A DNA stretch of 64,000 nucleotides from Gammaproteobacteria bacterium. Lineage in GTDB: Bacteria; Pseudomonadota; Gammaproteobacteria; JBCCGL01. A program made the translations under genes and the position numbers. Numbering within the stretch: the first letter of the stretch is position 1; the number at the start of each line of letters is the position of its first letter. Shown here piece by piece: positions 52,062 to 62,365 of this stretch. The DNA is taken from positions 3,072,001-3,136,000 of the forward strand of contig OZ255836.1 in assembly GCA_965277715.1 (NCBI GenBank), read 5' to 3'. A model generated the notes under the pieces. It was not told the DNA's origin. It did no database searches and saw only the letters and a program-made list of their open reading frames with translations.

Positions 52062-53444
52062 TTATTCACCCAAAGATTTAACCCCGGCAATTAAATCGAC
52101 CGCCGCCTGCTGCCCATCGCCGTATAGCATTTGTGTGTTATCCCCAAAGAACAAATGGTTTTCAATGCCCGAAAATCCTGTTCCCTGGCCGCGTTTGATA
52201 ACGATGACGTTGTGCGCTTTGTCAGCGTCCAGAATCGGCATACCATAGATTGGGCTTTGCCTGTCTGTCCGCGCCGCCGGGTTGACCACGTCATTGGCGC
52301 CGATTACCAGCGCTACGTCACAGGTGGCAAATTCGGCGTTAACCTCGTCGAGGTCGACAATCATGTCATACGGTACACCCGCCTCGGCCAATAACACATT
52401 CATATGCCCCGGCATCCGACCGGCCACTGGGTGAATGGCAAAGCGTACTTCCACACCACGCTTGGTCAGCAGTTCCGTAAGTTCCCATATTTTGTGCTGC
52501 GCCTGCGCCACTGCCATGCCATAACCGGGAATGATGATGACTTTTTCAGAATAGGCCATGGTAATCCCAGCATCCGTGGCATCGATGGCTTTCATGCTGC
52601 CGCTTGGACCTTCCGCTGTGCTTGTGCCTTCATCGGCACCAAACCCGGAAAACAGCACATTGGCCAATGAACGGTTCATCGCTTTGGCCATCAACTGGGT
52701 CAGCAACGTGCCCGCTGAACCAACGACGATACCGGCAATCATCATCGCCGGATTTGCCAGTACAAACCCCTCAAAGCCCACGGCCAGCCCGGTGAGTGCA
52801 TTGAACAGTGAAATCACCACAGGCATATCCGCACCGCCAATAGGCACGGTCATCATTACGCCAAATAGCAGTGCCAGGCCAAAAAACAGCAGCAATATCA
52901 AACCGTGCGAGCCTGTACTGGTAGCCAGGATCAACCCGAGTAAGGCCGTCAGGGCAAAGACGGAGAGGTTGACCAGTTGTTGGTGAGGAAACTTGTACAG
53001 CCTGGTTAAAATACCCTGTAGTTTGGCAAAGGCAATCAACGACCCGGAAAAAGCAATCGCACCAATCAGGGCGCCTAATACTGCCAGCGCCTGAGCGGCG
53101 GCGGTATGTTCTACCCCTTTAATCAACTCAACTGCCGCTATCGCCGCCGCTGCACCACCGCCCATGCCGTTATACAGCGCGATCATTTGCGGCATATCGG
53201 TCATCGCGACCTTTTTACCGCTATACCAGGCAATACCTGAACTGGCCGCTATAGCGAGCACGATTAACAGGTAGTTCTCCATCCCCGGTGTGAGGAAGGT
53301 GGCCAGCGTGGCAATCAACATTCCCACCCCGGCCCAAATGATACCGGCACGTGCAGTGACCGGTGAGCTCATGCGTTTCAGACCAAAAATAAACAATACC
53401 GCTGCGATAAAGTAGCTGGCGTTGATTGCGAATGAAAATGTCAT
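52062..53444 (-). CDS. pntB: NAD(P) transhydrogenase subunit beta
   Basis: IGGADMPVVIS, PGYGMAVAQAQ, HPVAGRMPGHMNVLLAEA. Confidence 0.96.
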   Translation of the reverse strand: MTFSFAINASYFIAAVLFIFGLKRMSSPVTARAGIIWAGVGMLIATLATFLTPGMENYLLIVLAIAASSGIAWYSGKKVAMTDMPQMIALYNGMGGGAAAAIAAVELIKGVEHTAAAQALAVLGALIGAIAFSGSLIAFAKLQGILTRLYKFPHQQLVNLSVFALTALLGLILATSTGSHGLILLLFFGLALLFGVMMTVPIGGADMPVVISLFNALTGLAVGFEGFVLANPAMMIAGIVVGSAGTLLTQLMAKAMNRSLANVLFSGFGADEGTSTAEGPSGSMKAIDATDAGITMAYSEKVIIIPGYGMAVAQAQHKIWELTELLTKRGVEVRFAIHPVAGRMPGHMNVLLAEAGVPYDMIVDLDEVNAEFATCDVALVIGANDVVNPAARTDRQSPIYGMPILDADKAHNVIVIKRGQGTGFSGIENHLFFGDNTQMLYGDGQQAAVDLIAGVKSLGE

Positions 53445-53749
53445 TTGCCGACCCCTCCCGCTTTATTGGTTTTTTGGCCTGGGTTGAACATTTCTAACAT
53501 GCGCTCAGTGACTACGTAACCACCGACGGCATTGCCCGCCGCAAGAAATACCGCGACAAACCCAATTAACTGCTCCAGCCCGGTTTGTGCGCCGCCCAGC
53601 GCCACCATCGCCCCAACCACAACAATGCCGTGGACAAAATTGGAGCCGGACATCATCGGTGTATGTAGAATAACCGGCACTTTGGAAATCACCTCATAGC
53701 CGGTAAACCCGGCCAGCATAAAAATATACAGTGCAACCCAACCTTCCAT
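53441..53749 (-). CDS. NAD(P) transhydrogenase subunit alpha, part 2
   Basis: LHTPMMSGSN, GGYVVTERML.MF. Confidence 0.93.
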   Translation of the reverse strand: MEGWVALYIFMLAGFTGYEVISKVPVILHTPMMSGSNFVHGIVVVGAMVALGGAQTGLEQLIGFVAVFLAAGNAVGGYVVTERMLEMFNPGQKTNKAGGVGK

Positions 53750-55164
53750 TACGCGCCCCCCATAAGTGTTTTGGCCTGTTCAATCCAGTTATCGCGCTGG
53801 ACACGGCCTTTAAATTTTAACTGGGTGTCGATTTGTTCAACACCCGCCTGATCTAATTCGGCAATTTGCCAGTAATGGTAAATACCTGCCTCATTGAGGC
53901 TTTCTGCTAATTTGGGGCCAACGCCACTGATTTTTGTCAGATCATCTGGCGCACCGCGTGGGGCGTCGAGAAAACGCACCACCGCATTACCGTCGGCATC
54001 CCCTGCTGCGCCTGTATCTGCCGCTGCCGGGGTCGACCCGCTAATGCCCATCTGTTCACAGGTTGGAACGTGCACGACAGACCCGGCGTGAGTCAACAGG
54101 CAACCCGCAATGACCTCGTCTTCAGGGTCCAGATTTAGTTGGCCTTCCTGGATCGTCAGGCTGAGTAAGTTGAAAATATTTTTCGCGTACATTTCACTGG
54201 CGTGTACCGGAGCAGAGCTGGCGACGTTGAGTGGCCCGTGAATGACCTTATCACCGTGGTAAATGGTCTCACCGGGCACGGTTAATACACAGTTACCGCC
54301 GGTCTCTGCCGCCAGATCAATAATAACGGCGCCGGGTAGCATATCCTCGACCATCGCCTGGGTGATAATTTTAGGGGCGGGACGACCAGGAATCGCCGCC
54401 GTTGTAATCACTGCATGTGCTTTGCTCAAATGCTTTGCCAAGGCGTCTGCCTGCTGTTGCTTCTCGGCATCAGTAAGCTCGCGGGCATAACCGCCCTCAC
54501 CCTCGGCATTAACGCCGGTATCGATCAGCTTGGCACCCAGCGATTCAACCTGCTCCTTAGCCGCCGGGCGGATATCGTAAGCCTCGACTTGTGCGCCGAG
54601 ACGCCGGGTAGTGGCAATCGCCTGCAAACCGGCAACACCCGCACCAATCACCACCACCTTGGATGGGCGGATAGTACCCGCTGCGGTGGTCAACATGGGA
54701 AACAGGCGTGGCGATAACTCTGCCGCCATCAACCCTGCCTTGTAACCGGAAACTGTCGCCTGTGAAGAGAGCGCATCCATCGCCTGGGCGCGGGTGATGC
54801 GTGGAATCAACTCCATCGACAGGGTGCTCACTTCGCGTTTGGCGAGTTGGCGTACTATGTCGTGGTTCTGGTGTGGGTACATATACGAAATGAGCAGCGT
54901 ACCGGGTGCTAACAATGCCACCTCATCACTGTTGGGGGGCAATACCTTGACGACAATATCGGCATCTTCAATCGCCTGCTCGCGGGTTGCGACCACTTCG
55001 GCGGCGGAATAAGCCGCATCGGGAAACCCAGCGTTAGCCCCCGCCTGCGATTGCAACGCAACCGTGCAACCCTGCTTAACCAAACGCTCGACCACGCTTG
55101 GATCAAGCGCCACACGGCGCTCACCCTCGACGCTCTCACAAAGTACGGCAACTTTTAACGGCAT
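53749..55164 (-). CDS. pntA: NAD(P) transhydrogenase subunit alpha, part 1, with C-terminal HhH-like extension
   Basis: GERRVA, RAQ.MDALSSQ, GAGVAGLQA; tail DDLTKISGVGPKL...RDNWIEQAK; RBS AGGAG before ATG at 55164. Confidence 0.92.
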   Translation of the reverse strand: MPLKVAVLCESVEGERRVALDPSVVERLVKQGCTVALQSQAGANAGFPDAAYSAAEVVATREQAIEDADIVVKVLPPNSDEVALLAPGTLLISYMYPHQNHDIVRQLAKREVSTLSMELIPRITRAQAMDALSSQATVSGYKAGLMAAELSPRLFPMLTTAAGTIRPSKVVVIGAGVAGLQAIATTRRLGAQVEAYDIRPAAKEQVESLGAKLIDTGVNAEGEGGYARELTDAEKQQQADALAKHLSKAHAVITTAAIPGRPAPKIITQAMVEDMLPGAVIIDLAAETGGNCVLTVPGETIYHGDKVIHGPLNVASSAPVHASEMYAKNIFNLLSLTIQEGQLNLDPEDEVIAGCLLTHAGSVVHVPTCEQMGISGSTPAAADTGAAGDADGNAVVRFLDAPRGAPDDLTKISGVGPKLAESLNEAGIYHYWQIAELDQAGVEQIDTQLKFKGRVQRDNWIEQAKTLMGGA

Positions 55165-55227
55165 TGCTTTCGCTCCTGACAAAACGATAATTCATTGATA
55201 CTACCCATGATAATACGGGTGCACCTG

Positions 55228-55505
55228 GTACACCGTCTACCTTCTATTGACGGGTTCAGCGTTGCGCTGTTGGCACTGAACAAGGCGCACTGGCGCGGCA
55301 TAGTGGTTCTATGGCAAGCCAGTGCAACGCCGGGCAGTGCCAACAGCGCAACGCCCAACAAACTAATGTTACAGGGTTAGCCCACAAGCACACCCGATCT
55401 GCGTTGTTGTTACTCACAATAGCACCACTGTGATTACGCAAAAACGCCTTGCTCTGCCACGCTTGTGGGCTAACTGAACCCGTCAATAGAAGGTAGACGG
55501 TGTAC
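55228..55505. repeat. Repeat family B: 278-bp multi-branched palindromic MITE-like element
   Basis: Perfect 32-bp TIR (55228-55259 / 55474-55505) plus two internal long hairpins. Confidence 0.85.
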
Positions 55506-55680
55506 TAACACACACAACCCACTGCGTTTTTTAAGCTAAGCCCCATAGAACGACGCCCGGTTGATCACGGCGAGGATAAAGACACCAGATTATGGTCAAT
55601 GCTATGGGTGTTGCAGTGCGGGCTAGTTACTGATTGAGCAGAAAATATATAACAAATGTTTATGAAGATACAACCAATTG

Positions 55681-55694
55681 TTGATTTTTATTAA
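55681..55694. promoter_or_regulatory. Possible FNR/ANR box upstream of hemH
   Basis: TTGAT-TTTT-ATTAA, one mismatch to TTGAT-N4-ATCAA; AT-rich context weakens it. Confidence 0.3.
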
Positions 55695-55793
55695 TACCAG
55701 GCAAATAAAAACAGGATAAAAATCAGCATAAGCGTGCATAGTTATCCCACTTCACCGCTACAATTAACCTATTCGCATGCACGGTAAAAACCT

Positions 55794-56840
55794 ATGAATC
55801 GCTTTATTGGCCACCCTCAGGATCACGTTGAAAAAACCGTATTAAAAGGTGGCAGGCTGGGGGTGTTAATGGTCAACCTCGGCACACCAGACGCACCGAC
55901 AGCCAGTGCAGTGCGCCGCTACCTGGCCGAGTTTTTGAGTGATCCACGTGTGATCGAAATACCCATGTTTATCTGGAAATGCATCCTGCATGGCATTATT
56001 TTGCGCATACGCCCCGCTAAAGTCGCAAAAAACTACGCCAAAGTCTGGACAGAAGATGGCTCACCTCTGTTGGCAATTTCACGACAACAGGGTGATCGCC
56101 TGCAGGCCAGGTTGGTTGCACAGCTAGGCAATGAAGTCACTGTATGCGTTGCGATGCGCTACGGTAACCCCTCAATTGCCCGGGGTTTGCGGGAGCTGTA
56201 CGCACAACAGGTCACCCGTTTACTGGTATTGCCAATGTACCCACAATACTGTGCCGCTACCACCGCCACCGTATTTGACGAAGTGACCCGGCAACTGCAG
56301 CGCTATCGCTGGGTGCCAGAATTGCGTTTTATCAACGATTATTACCGGCACCCGGCCTATATTGGTGCACTGGCAGCCAGTATTCGTGATGCCTGGGATA
56401 CTTCACCACGCAATGAGAAATTACTGTTTTCCTTTCACGGCATCCCTCTTCGCTGTGTAAAAAACGGTGACCCTTACTTTTTCCAGTGCCAGGAAACAGC
56501 CCGGCTTACGGCCAGTGCATTGCAACTAAACAGCGATGATTGGCAGTTGGTATTCCAATCGCGTTTTGGCCGAGAGGCATGGCTACAACCGTATTGCTCA
56601 CAAACGCTGGAAACACTCGGACGCAGTGATTGCGCCTCAGTAGACATTGTTTGCCCCGGTTTTTCCGCTGACTGCCTGGAAACACTGGAAGAGATAGAAG
56701 AAGAAAACCGCGAGATTTACACTGAAGCGGGCGGCGGCGGCTACCGCTACATTCCGGCACTCAATAACCGCGATGACCATATCGATCTACTGACCACATT
56801 AGTGGTGCGGCATACAGAGGGATGGTTGGTGCCGGATTGA
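55794..56840 (+). CDS. hemH: Ferrochelatase
   Basis: NLGTP, FLSDPRV, MRYGNP, FSFHG, FQSRFG...WLQPY, DCLETLEEI. Confidence 0.96.
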   Translation: MNRFIGHPQDHVEKTVLKGGRLGVLMVNLGTPDAPTASAVRRYLAEFLSDPRVIEIPMFIWKCILHGIILRIRPAKVAKNYAKVWTEDGSPLLAISRQQGDRLQARLVAQLGNEVTVCVAMRYGNPSIARGLRELYAQQVTRLLVLPMYPQYCAATTATVFDEVTRQLQRYRWVPELRFINDYYRHPAYIGALAASIRDAWDTSPRNEKLLFSFHGIPLRCVKNGDPYFFQCQETARLTASALQLNSDDWQLVFQSRFGREAWLQPYCSQTLETLGRSDCASVDIVCPGFSADCLETLEEIEEENREIYTEAGGGGYRYIPALNNRDDHIDLLTTLVVRHTEGWLVPD

Positions 56841-56871
56841 ATACCAGATTGAACGCGTTGCTATATTTCTT

Positions 56872-56900
56872 TTGAAGGTATTTGGTGTATCGCGTAGAAT
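56872..56900 (+). promoter_or_regulatory. Sigma70 promoter for tRNA-Pro
   Basis: TTGAAG-N17-TAGAAT followed by GC-rich discriminator. Confidence 0.65.
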
Positions 56901-56913
56901 TCCCCGCCACGGT

Positions 56914-56990
56914 CGGGGTGTAGCTCAGCCTGGTAGAGCGCTGCCTTCGGGAGGCAGAGGTCGTAGGTTCAAATCCTGTCTCCCCGACCA
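56914..56990 (+). tRNA. tRNA-Pro (CGG)
   Basis: Cloverleaf; CTGCC-TTCGGGA-GGCAG anticodon arm; GTTCAAATC T-loop; encoded CCA. Confidence 0.96.
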
Positions 56991-57060
56991 ATTCATACTG
57001 ATGCGTGTTCCCGCCCTGCAAATAACCACTGCCTACACTACAGGACTTAGAGGACAGCTT

Positions 57061-57651
57061 ATGCACACAACACTGCGCACTATTCTAATACTACCGCTCA
57101 CGATACTGCTCGCCGCCTGTGGCGTTAACAGCATCCCCGCGTTAGATGAAGAAGTGAAAGCCAGCTGGTCACAGGTTGAAAACCAGTATCAACGGCGTGC
57201 AGACCTAATTCCCAACCTGGTCTCTACAGTCAAGGGTTACGCCGCCCAGGAAAAAGACACCCTCACCGCCGTCGTCGAAGCCCGCGCCAAAGTTGGCTCA
57301 ATCCAGATCGACGGTAACCTGCTGGATAACCCCCAGCGGCTGCAACAGTTTGAACAGGCCCAGAGTCGACTGTCCGGTGCGTTAAGCCGCTTGCTGGTGG
57401 TCGCCGAGCGCTACCCGGATTTAAAATCGAATCAAAACTTTCTCGCCCTGCAATCACAACTGGAAGGCACCGAAAACCGCATCAGCGTAGCCCGGCGTGA
57501 CCACATCGCCTCAGTGCAACGATTTAACACCGAAGTGCGTACCTTTCCGGGCAAAATCTGGCACACTCTGCTCTATTCAGATCTACCGACAAAAGAGACC
57601 TATCAGTCGACCAGTGAAAGCGCCGATAAGGTGCCCAAGGTGCAGTTCTAA
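57061..57651 (+). CDS. lemA: LemA family lipoprotein
   Basis: LAAC lipobox, YQRRADLIPNLV, ERYPDLKSNQNF, EGTENRI. Confidence 0.93.
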   Translation: MHTTLRTILILPLTILLAACGVNSIPALDEEVKASWSQVENQYQRRADLIPNLVSTVKGYAAQEKDTLTAVVEARAKVGSIQIDGNLLDNPQRLQQFEQAQSRLSGALSRLLVVAERYPDLKSNQNFLALQSQLEGTENRISVARRDHIASVQRFNTEVRTFPGKIWHTLLYSDLPTKETYQSTSESADKVPKVQF

Positions 57652-58382
57652 TGCGGTATTTGATCGCATTAAGCACGCTACTGCTATCACTGTCACTACA
57701 GGCTGCGCCCACGTTTCCACCGCTATCGGGCCGGGTAGTGGATACCGCAGGTATACTCGATCAACCTGCCGTCACGCACCTTAGCGAACGCCTGGCGGCC
57801 CACGAAAATGCCACCGGTAATCAAGTGGTAATCGCCATCGTCAAAGGTCTGCAAGGTTACGAAATCAGGGACTATGGTTATCAACTGGGCCGTGCCTGGG
57901 CGGTAGGGCAAAAAGACAAAAACAATGGCGTAGTGCTGCTTATTGCCCCAAAAGAACGCAAAGTCGCTATCGAAGTGGGCTACGGATTGGAGGGTCAGCT
58001 AACCGACGCCATCAGCCACAATATTATTCAAACACAAATCCTGCCACAGTTTAAACAGGGCGATTATCCACAGGGCATCGCGCTGGGTACTATAGCCATT
58101 ATTGAGGCATTGGGTGGTCGCTATAAAATGGCGCAAACGACCCGTGCCAATAAATCAAACAACAGCCAACTGCTACCGTTATTGTTCTTTTTTGCCTGCG
58201 TTTCTGCTTTTCGGTTTATTAATGGCGGGCGACGTTTTGGGCGGCGCCGTGGTTTTCGTCGTGGCCTGCTTATCGGCGGCCTGGCCGGTGGTGGCTTTTC
58301 CCGTGGTGGTCGTTCTGGTGGCGGCTTTAGCGGTGGTGGAGGTGGCAGTTTTGGGGGCGGTGGCGCCTCGGGAGGATGGTAA
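57651..58382 (+). CDS. TPM domain protein (YgcG-like)
   Basis: GRVVD.A, IEVGYGLEG.LTD, Gly-rich GGGASGGW tail. Confidence 0.9.
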   Translation: MRYLIALSTLLLSLSLQAAPTFPPLSGRVVDTAGILDQPAVTHLSERLAAHENATGNQVVIAIVKGLQGYEIRDYGYQLGRAWAVGQKDKNNGVVLLIAPKERKVAIEVGYGLEGQLTDAISHNIIQTQILPQFKQGDYPQGIALGTIAIIEALGGRYKMAQTTRANKSNNSQLLPLLFFFACVSAFRFINGGRRFGRRRGFRRGLLIGGLAGGGFSRGGRSGGGFSGGGGGSFGGGGASGGW

Positions 58383-59002
58383 TGGCGCTATTAAATAAAC
58401 ACGAACAGGCGCAGGTAAGTACCGCAATAAACACCATTGAACAGAAAACCACCGCTGAGCTGGTCACCGTGCTGGCAGCACGCAGTGATGACTACCACTA
58501 CATTCCACTACTGTGGGCCGCCTTTTGCGCCTTGTTATTACCCCTATTATTAATCTGGGTATCGCCACTTGAAACAACCGCGCTGTACCTTGTGCAATTG
58601 GTAGTATTTGTGAGTCTAAGCCTGATATTCAGATTGCCGATAATCCACTATCGATTGATACCGGCCTATGTTCGACACTGGCGTGCAGCGAATATGGCGC
58701 GCCGTCAGTTTTTGGAAAACAACCTCCACCACACCCGTGGTGAAACAGGCGTGCTGATTTTTGTTTCAGAAGCGGAACACTATGTCGAGATCATTGCTGA
58801 TCGTGGTATCAGTCAGCACGTCGACGATGCGCAGTGGGCAGACATCATCAACGACTTTACCCACCAGGTAAAAGCGGGCAATACCCTGCAAGGTTTTCTC
58901 GACTGCATTGCGCGTTGTGGTGCACTACTTGCCGAGCACGCCCCTGCAGAGAGTGAAAACACCAATGAACTGCCTAATCACCTGATTATTATTGACGACT
59001 GA
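58382..59002 (+). CDS. TPM domain membrane protein
   Basis: E..T..ELV, TGVLIFVS..E..V.I.AD.GI, NELPN. Confidence 0.88.
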   Translation: MALLNKHEQAQVSTAINTIEQKTTAELVTVLAARSDDYHYIPLLWAAFCALLLPLLLIWVSPLETTALYLVQLVVFVSLSLIFRLPIIHYRLIPAYVRHWRAANMARRQFLENNLHHTRGETGVLIFVSEAEHYVEIIADRGISQHVDDAQWADIINDFTHQVKAGNTLQGFLDCIARCGALLAEHAPAESENTNELPNHLIIIDD

Positions 59003-59377
59003 AAAATTTCAAAGCCATTCAGGAGAAAAAGGCATAAATAGCGTGTATTGATGCCTCTTCATATGTGGTGAGTTATCAATCCCTACATTGCCCCCGACCT
59101 GATCGCTTCCGAGAAGAGAAAGATTGAATCGGGAATTAATATCGCTGTTTTCATCACAAAAATATAACTTGCGTTATACTTTTGTCAACAACGTGCTTTC
59201 ACCCAATACCCAGAAAAATCAGGGGTAGTGTTGTGATTGGTCACCTCTGAAAAAAGATTTTTCCTGTGTATATATTATCGGGCAAGTACTTCCCTCAACA
59301 TCTTCATTTATTGATTTGGTTCTAAATTTTTTTGAATGCAGTTAAATACGCTTAATCCTTTTATTTTTTACTATCCG

Positions 59378-60223
59378 TCACTTTCTGAACCGGGCTACTA
59401 CTTCATGGTGCAGGCCCAGTGTCTCGGCAATCTGATCATCAGATTGACCCAACATTATAAGCGCCGGTACCGCTTTCGCGGCCAACGCTTCGTGGCCTTC
59501 CTCTCGGCCTTCTTCTCTAGCGGTTTGGATCTGGTTGAGTTCCCGACCCCGACGCAGGCTTATGTAATCGTAAACCTCCAACTCCTGCGAACTCCAGCTA
59601 TGCTGTTTAGCTACTTCAAAGGCAGTTTTGAAAACCGGGTCTTGCTGGTATAACGCCGGTATCGACTCCAGTTTGCCTGTGTGCTTGAGAAAGTAAATCC
59701 ATTGATCTACAACACCCTCCAATTGTTCTAAGGTTTTGTCGAATTTAGGCAGCTCGATAAAACAAAAAGCAAAGTCATTTAATTGGTTTTGCCCGGTACG
59801 GGTGTTGAGTATTAGGTGGTTGGAGAGGTACTGTTGGGCGTCGAGGCTGAAATCAAAGTCTAGAATGCCGATAAAATGCACTTTTTTCAGTTGTTGGTAG
59901 TCTTCCCCTGCATCCAGTTGGTTAACGTACGATTTGGCGGTGTAGTACAAGCTGCGTTTGGCAAACCAACTGTCACGCTGTACTTGCATTTCGATGATAA
60001 AACTACGCCCCTGCTGGTCAGTGGCGGTCACATCCAGCACGGTTTCTTTCAGGTCTTCTATTTTTGGGGGCTGGTAGGGGTTTTTGAAATTGACATCGAC
60101 AACTTTGGCCCCTTCAGGAAAATCCAACGCAGCATTGACGAAGTGGATTAACACTTCTTTGTGCTGGGCATTACCAAAGATTTTCTTGAAGGCAATGTCG
60201 TTGCGGGGGTCGGCGAATTTCAT
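59378..60223 (-). CDS. Rpn family recombination-promoting nuclease/putative transposase
   Basis: DPRNDIAFKKIFG, LDV, IIEMQ, FIELPKF, EEGREEG. Confidence 0.9.
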   Translation of the reverse strand: MKFADPRNDIAFKKIFGNAQHKEVLIHFVNAALDFPEGAKVVDVNFKNPYQPPKIEDLKETVLDVTATDQQGRSFIIEMQVQRDSWFAKRSLYYTAKSYVNQLDAGEDYQQLKKVHFIGILDFDFSLDAQQYLSNHLILNTRTGQNQLNDFAFCFIELPKFDKTLEQLEGVVDQWIYFLKHTGKLESIPALYQQDPVFKTAFEVAKQHSWSSQELEVYDYISLRRGRELNQIQTAREEGREEGHEALAAKAVPALIMLGQSDDQIAETLGLHHEVVARFRK

Positions 60224-60269
60224 GGGCAGAATTGTAACATAGCGCGGAGATTCTACTGTCAGGCAATCA

Positions 60270-60435
60270 AACAATATCCTTAGATTCTCTCAATTGGCTT
60301 GCTGTAAACCTTGAATGCTCGGGTACTGACCCTCCCAACGTTCACCAAAGCCCGTCAGAACCTGTAAACCTGCCTACTCTGTTGACCGGTAGACCATCTT
60401 CAAATCGGCTGTGACCACCTTGTAGCCCTTTCAGG
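60270..60435 (-). pseudogene. IS256-family transposase fragment
   Basis: YKVVTADLKMVY...FGERWEGQYPSI with stops. Confidence 0.55.
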
Positions 60436-60504
60436 AAACATATTTCAGCGAGGTACGCACTTAATGAATGATGCACAACCGTACCTGTGTCTTGGGAAAT
60501 ACCT

Positions 60505-60775
60505 GATCGGTGTGGTGTCCCTTGTGTTTATTGTGATGTTATTGGCCAACAGGGCGGCGTTGGTTTGCGTGACTTCACGGCGGTGGCTACTGGCGCTATC
60601 GCTGCTCAGGTTGACACCACCCCTACTGCCCCCGTACAGGTCGATGGCAATAGTGAAGTTTTTGTGCTCCGTACTGGTTTCCCGTGTCGACAGATCCTGG
60701 GAGACGAGAATGTTTACATCCTGACCGTCGATTGTGATGCCTTCACCAGCTTGCAGGTGGCTGCTAAAAGGCTTT
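60505..60775 (-). pseudogene. Hemagglutinin-repeat (FhaB/CdiA-like) fragment
   Basis: SHLQAGEGITIDGQDVNILVSQD...TQTNAALLANNITINT. Confidence 0.45.
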
Positions 60776-61369
60776 GTTTAATAAATTCCTTTTTGAATAC
60801 AATTAAATACACTTGACCCTCTTTGTCCTAGGTCTTTGGGTGGCGGCCAGGTCTAATTCACCTAATAGTGTGGGTTGTACGAGTAAACCCGCAACGATTT
60901 CCGCCAACTCGGCGGGTAAGATTTGTTTTGGCATAATATTCTCCAGTAGAGTAAAAAATGAAGCCGGAGAACTTCCCCGTCGGGAAAATCCCCGACAGAG
61001 TTAAAAAACAAAACGAAACTAAAAAGTAATCCAATAATAAACAATCAAAATGGCTGCTTCTTTTGAGAGACCAGCTATCTCTTAGGGCATACCTATCGGC
61101 AACGCTCTGACACTGACCGGGGTCAGCAATAAGTAGAAACCAAGATAGCGTGTCCTGCTAGGACGGGCAGTGAAGAAGATGGCAGTTTTTAACATCTATC
61201 GCACCGTTGTCAAATTTACAACCTGATTGGAAGTAACTTAACACTAATGTTTCAGCGCTTACTATGGCATATGGGTATGCCACAACCAATAATTATTTAC
61301 TTTATTTTAATTTTAAAATCAATAAATTAATCATAAATACATATAGATTCTAATAAAAAAACAACTGCC

Positions 61370-61397
61370 TTGACAAATTTCAATACTAGCCTAACCT
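61370..61397 (+). promoter_or_regulatory. Putative sigma70 promoter for the unknown gene pair
   Basis: TTGACA-N16-TAACCT in AT-rich DNA. Confidence 0.45.
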
Positions 61398-61609
61398 TAA
61401 AATAATGTTGGTATGAATACTTTGTTATTTAAAATAAAATGTAATCAACCTATGTAGGAATATGCAGATATTGTGCGCAGGTTATTTTTTCAAAAAAACC
61501 AATAAACCTGTATAGAGGTTAATTATAAACGCTAACCAAAAGAAGGAGAACAACCATTTAAGCTGAAACGAAACCATAACTCTCAATTTAATCTTTAAGA
61601 GGATAAAAA

Positions 61610-62311
61610 ATGAACGATCAAAATGTTAAAGAAACCAAAGGTAGCGTTGGTAGCCTACCAACTTCGGAAGCGGCGAGAAAAATCGCACGGATTTATCATA
61701 CAACCAGCAAAGCCGCGATTCTGAGTAGTAATGAAACCAATATGAGAAAACTTTCATCCTCAGATAAAACTAATAATGTCGCCAACGCAATTGGTTCCTT
61801 GGGGATGATTTTAGGGGCCATCAAAAAGCCGGATGGCGATCAAAACACGTTAACCTTTGCTGCGCAAAACGATACCGGCCACGTCATCGTCCCCTATAGA
61901 ACCCGGTGTAACGGTGAATTTTACGCCGGAGCTAATCTGGATATTATCCAACCGGGTAAGAATAGTCAGTTGGAATTCAAAATGAGTAAGGCGTTTAACC
62001 CAGAATATGGTGATGTTTATTTAAGTTTCGCGATTTGCGCTGAAAATGGATTGTCTGTGGATGTTACTATCCACTTTTGCGTTGATGAGGATCGTAACAA
62101 TATCTGGTATCCTTACAGTCTGCACGTTAGCGACTATGGCGGCGTTAATTTTGACACAAGCCAGCTTTCACCATCTGTATCAGGCGGTGAAATCCTTTAT
62201 GCGTATGCGGCTGGTAGTAATGATAATCCATCTTTCGGGATCGCGCTCATGACCGCCGTGACCAACTCGCATTTGGTGGGAATTACCTTTACGCCCTGGG
62301 CGTCGGTTTAA
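61610..62311 (+). CDS. Hypothetical protein, paralog A of a pair
   Basis: 233-aa ORF, RBS AAGAGGA; motifs shared with next ORF. Confidence 0.85.
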   Translation: MNDQNVKETKGSVGSLPTSEAARKIARIYHTTSKAAILSSNETNMRKLSSSDKTNNVANAIGSLGMILGAIKKPDGDQNTLTFAAQNDTGHVIVPYRTRCNGEFYAGANLDIIQPGKNSQLEFKMSKAFNPEYGDVYLSFAICAENGLSVDVTIHFCVDEDRNNIWYPYSLHVSDYGGVNFDTSQLSPSVSGGEILYAYAAGSNDNPSFGIALMTAVTNSHLVGITFTPWASV

Positions 62312-62365
62312 ATCATAGTAGAAATTTTAAGATATAAATTTAAATTTTAGAAAGAGGTTATTGAT

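Noticed and set aside
56914-56990. tRNA-Pro as an island attachment site
   Set aside because: No duplicated 3' end seen in the window and no adjacent integrase
56872-57060. N-terminal extension of LemA in the ORF track
   Set aside because: It overlaps tRNA-Pro; the ATG at 57061 has an RBS and a lipoprotein signal
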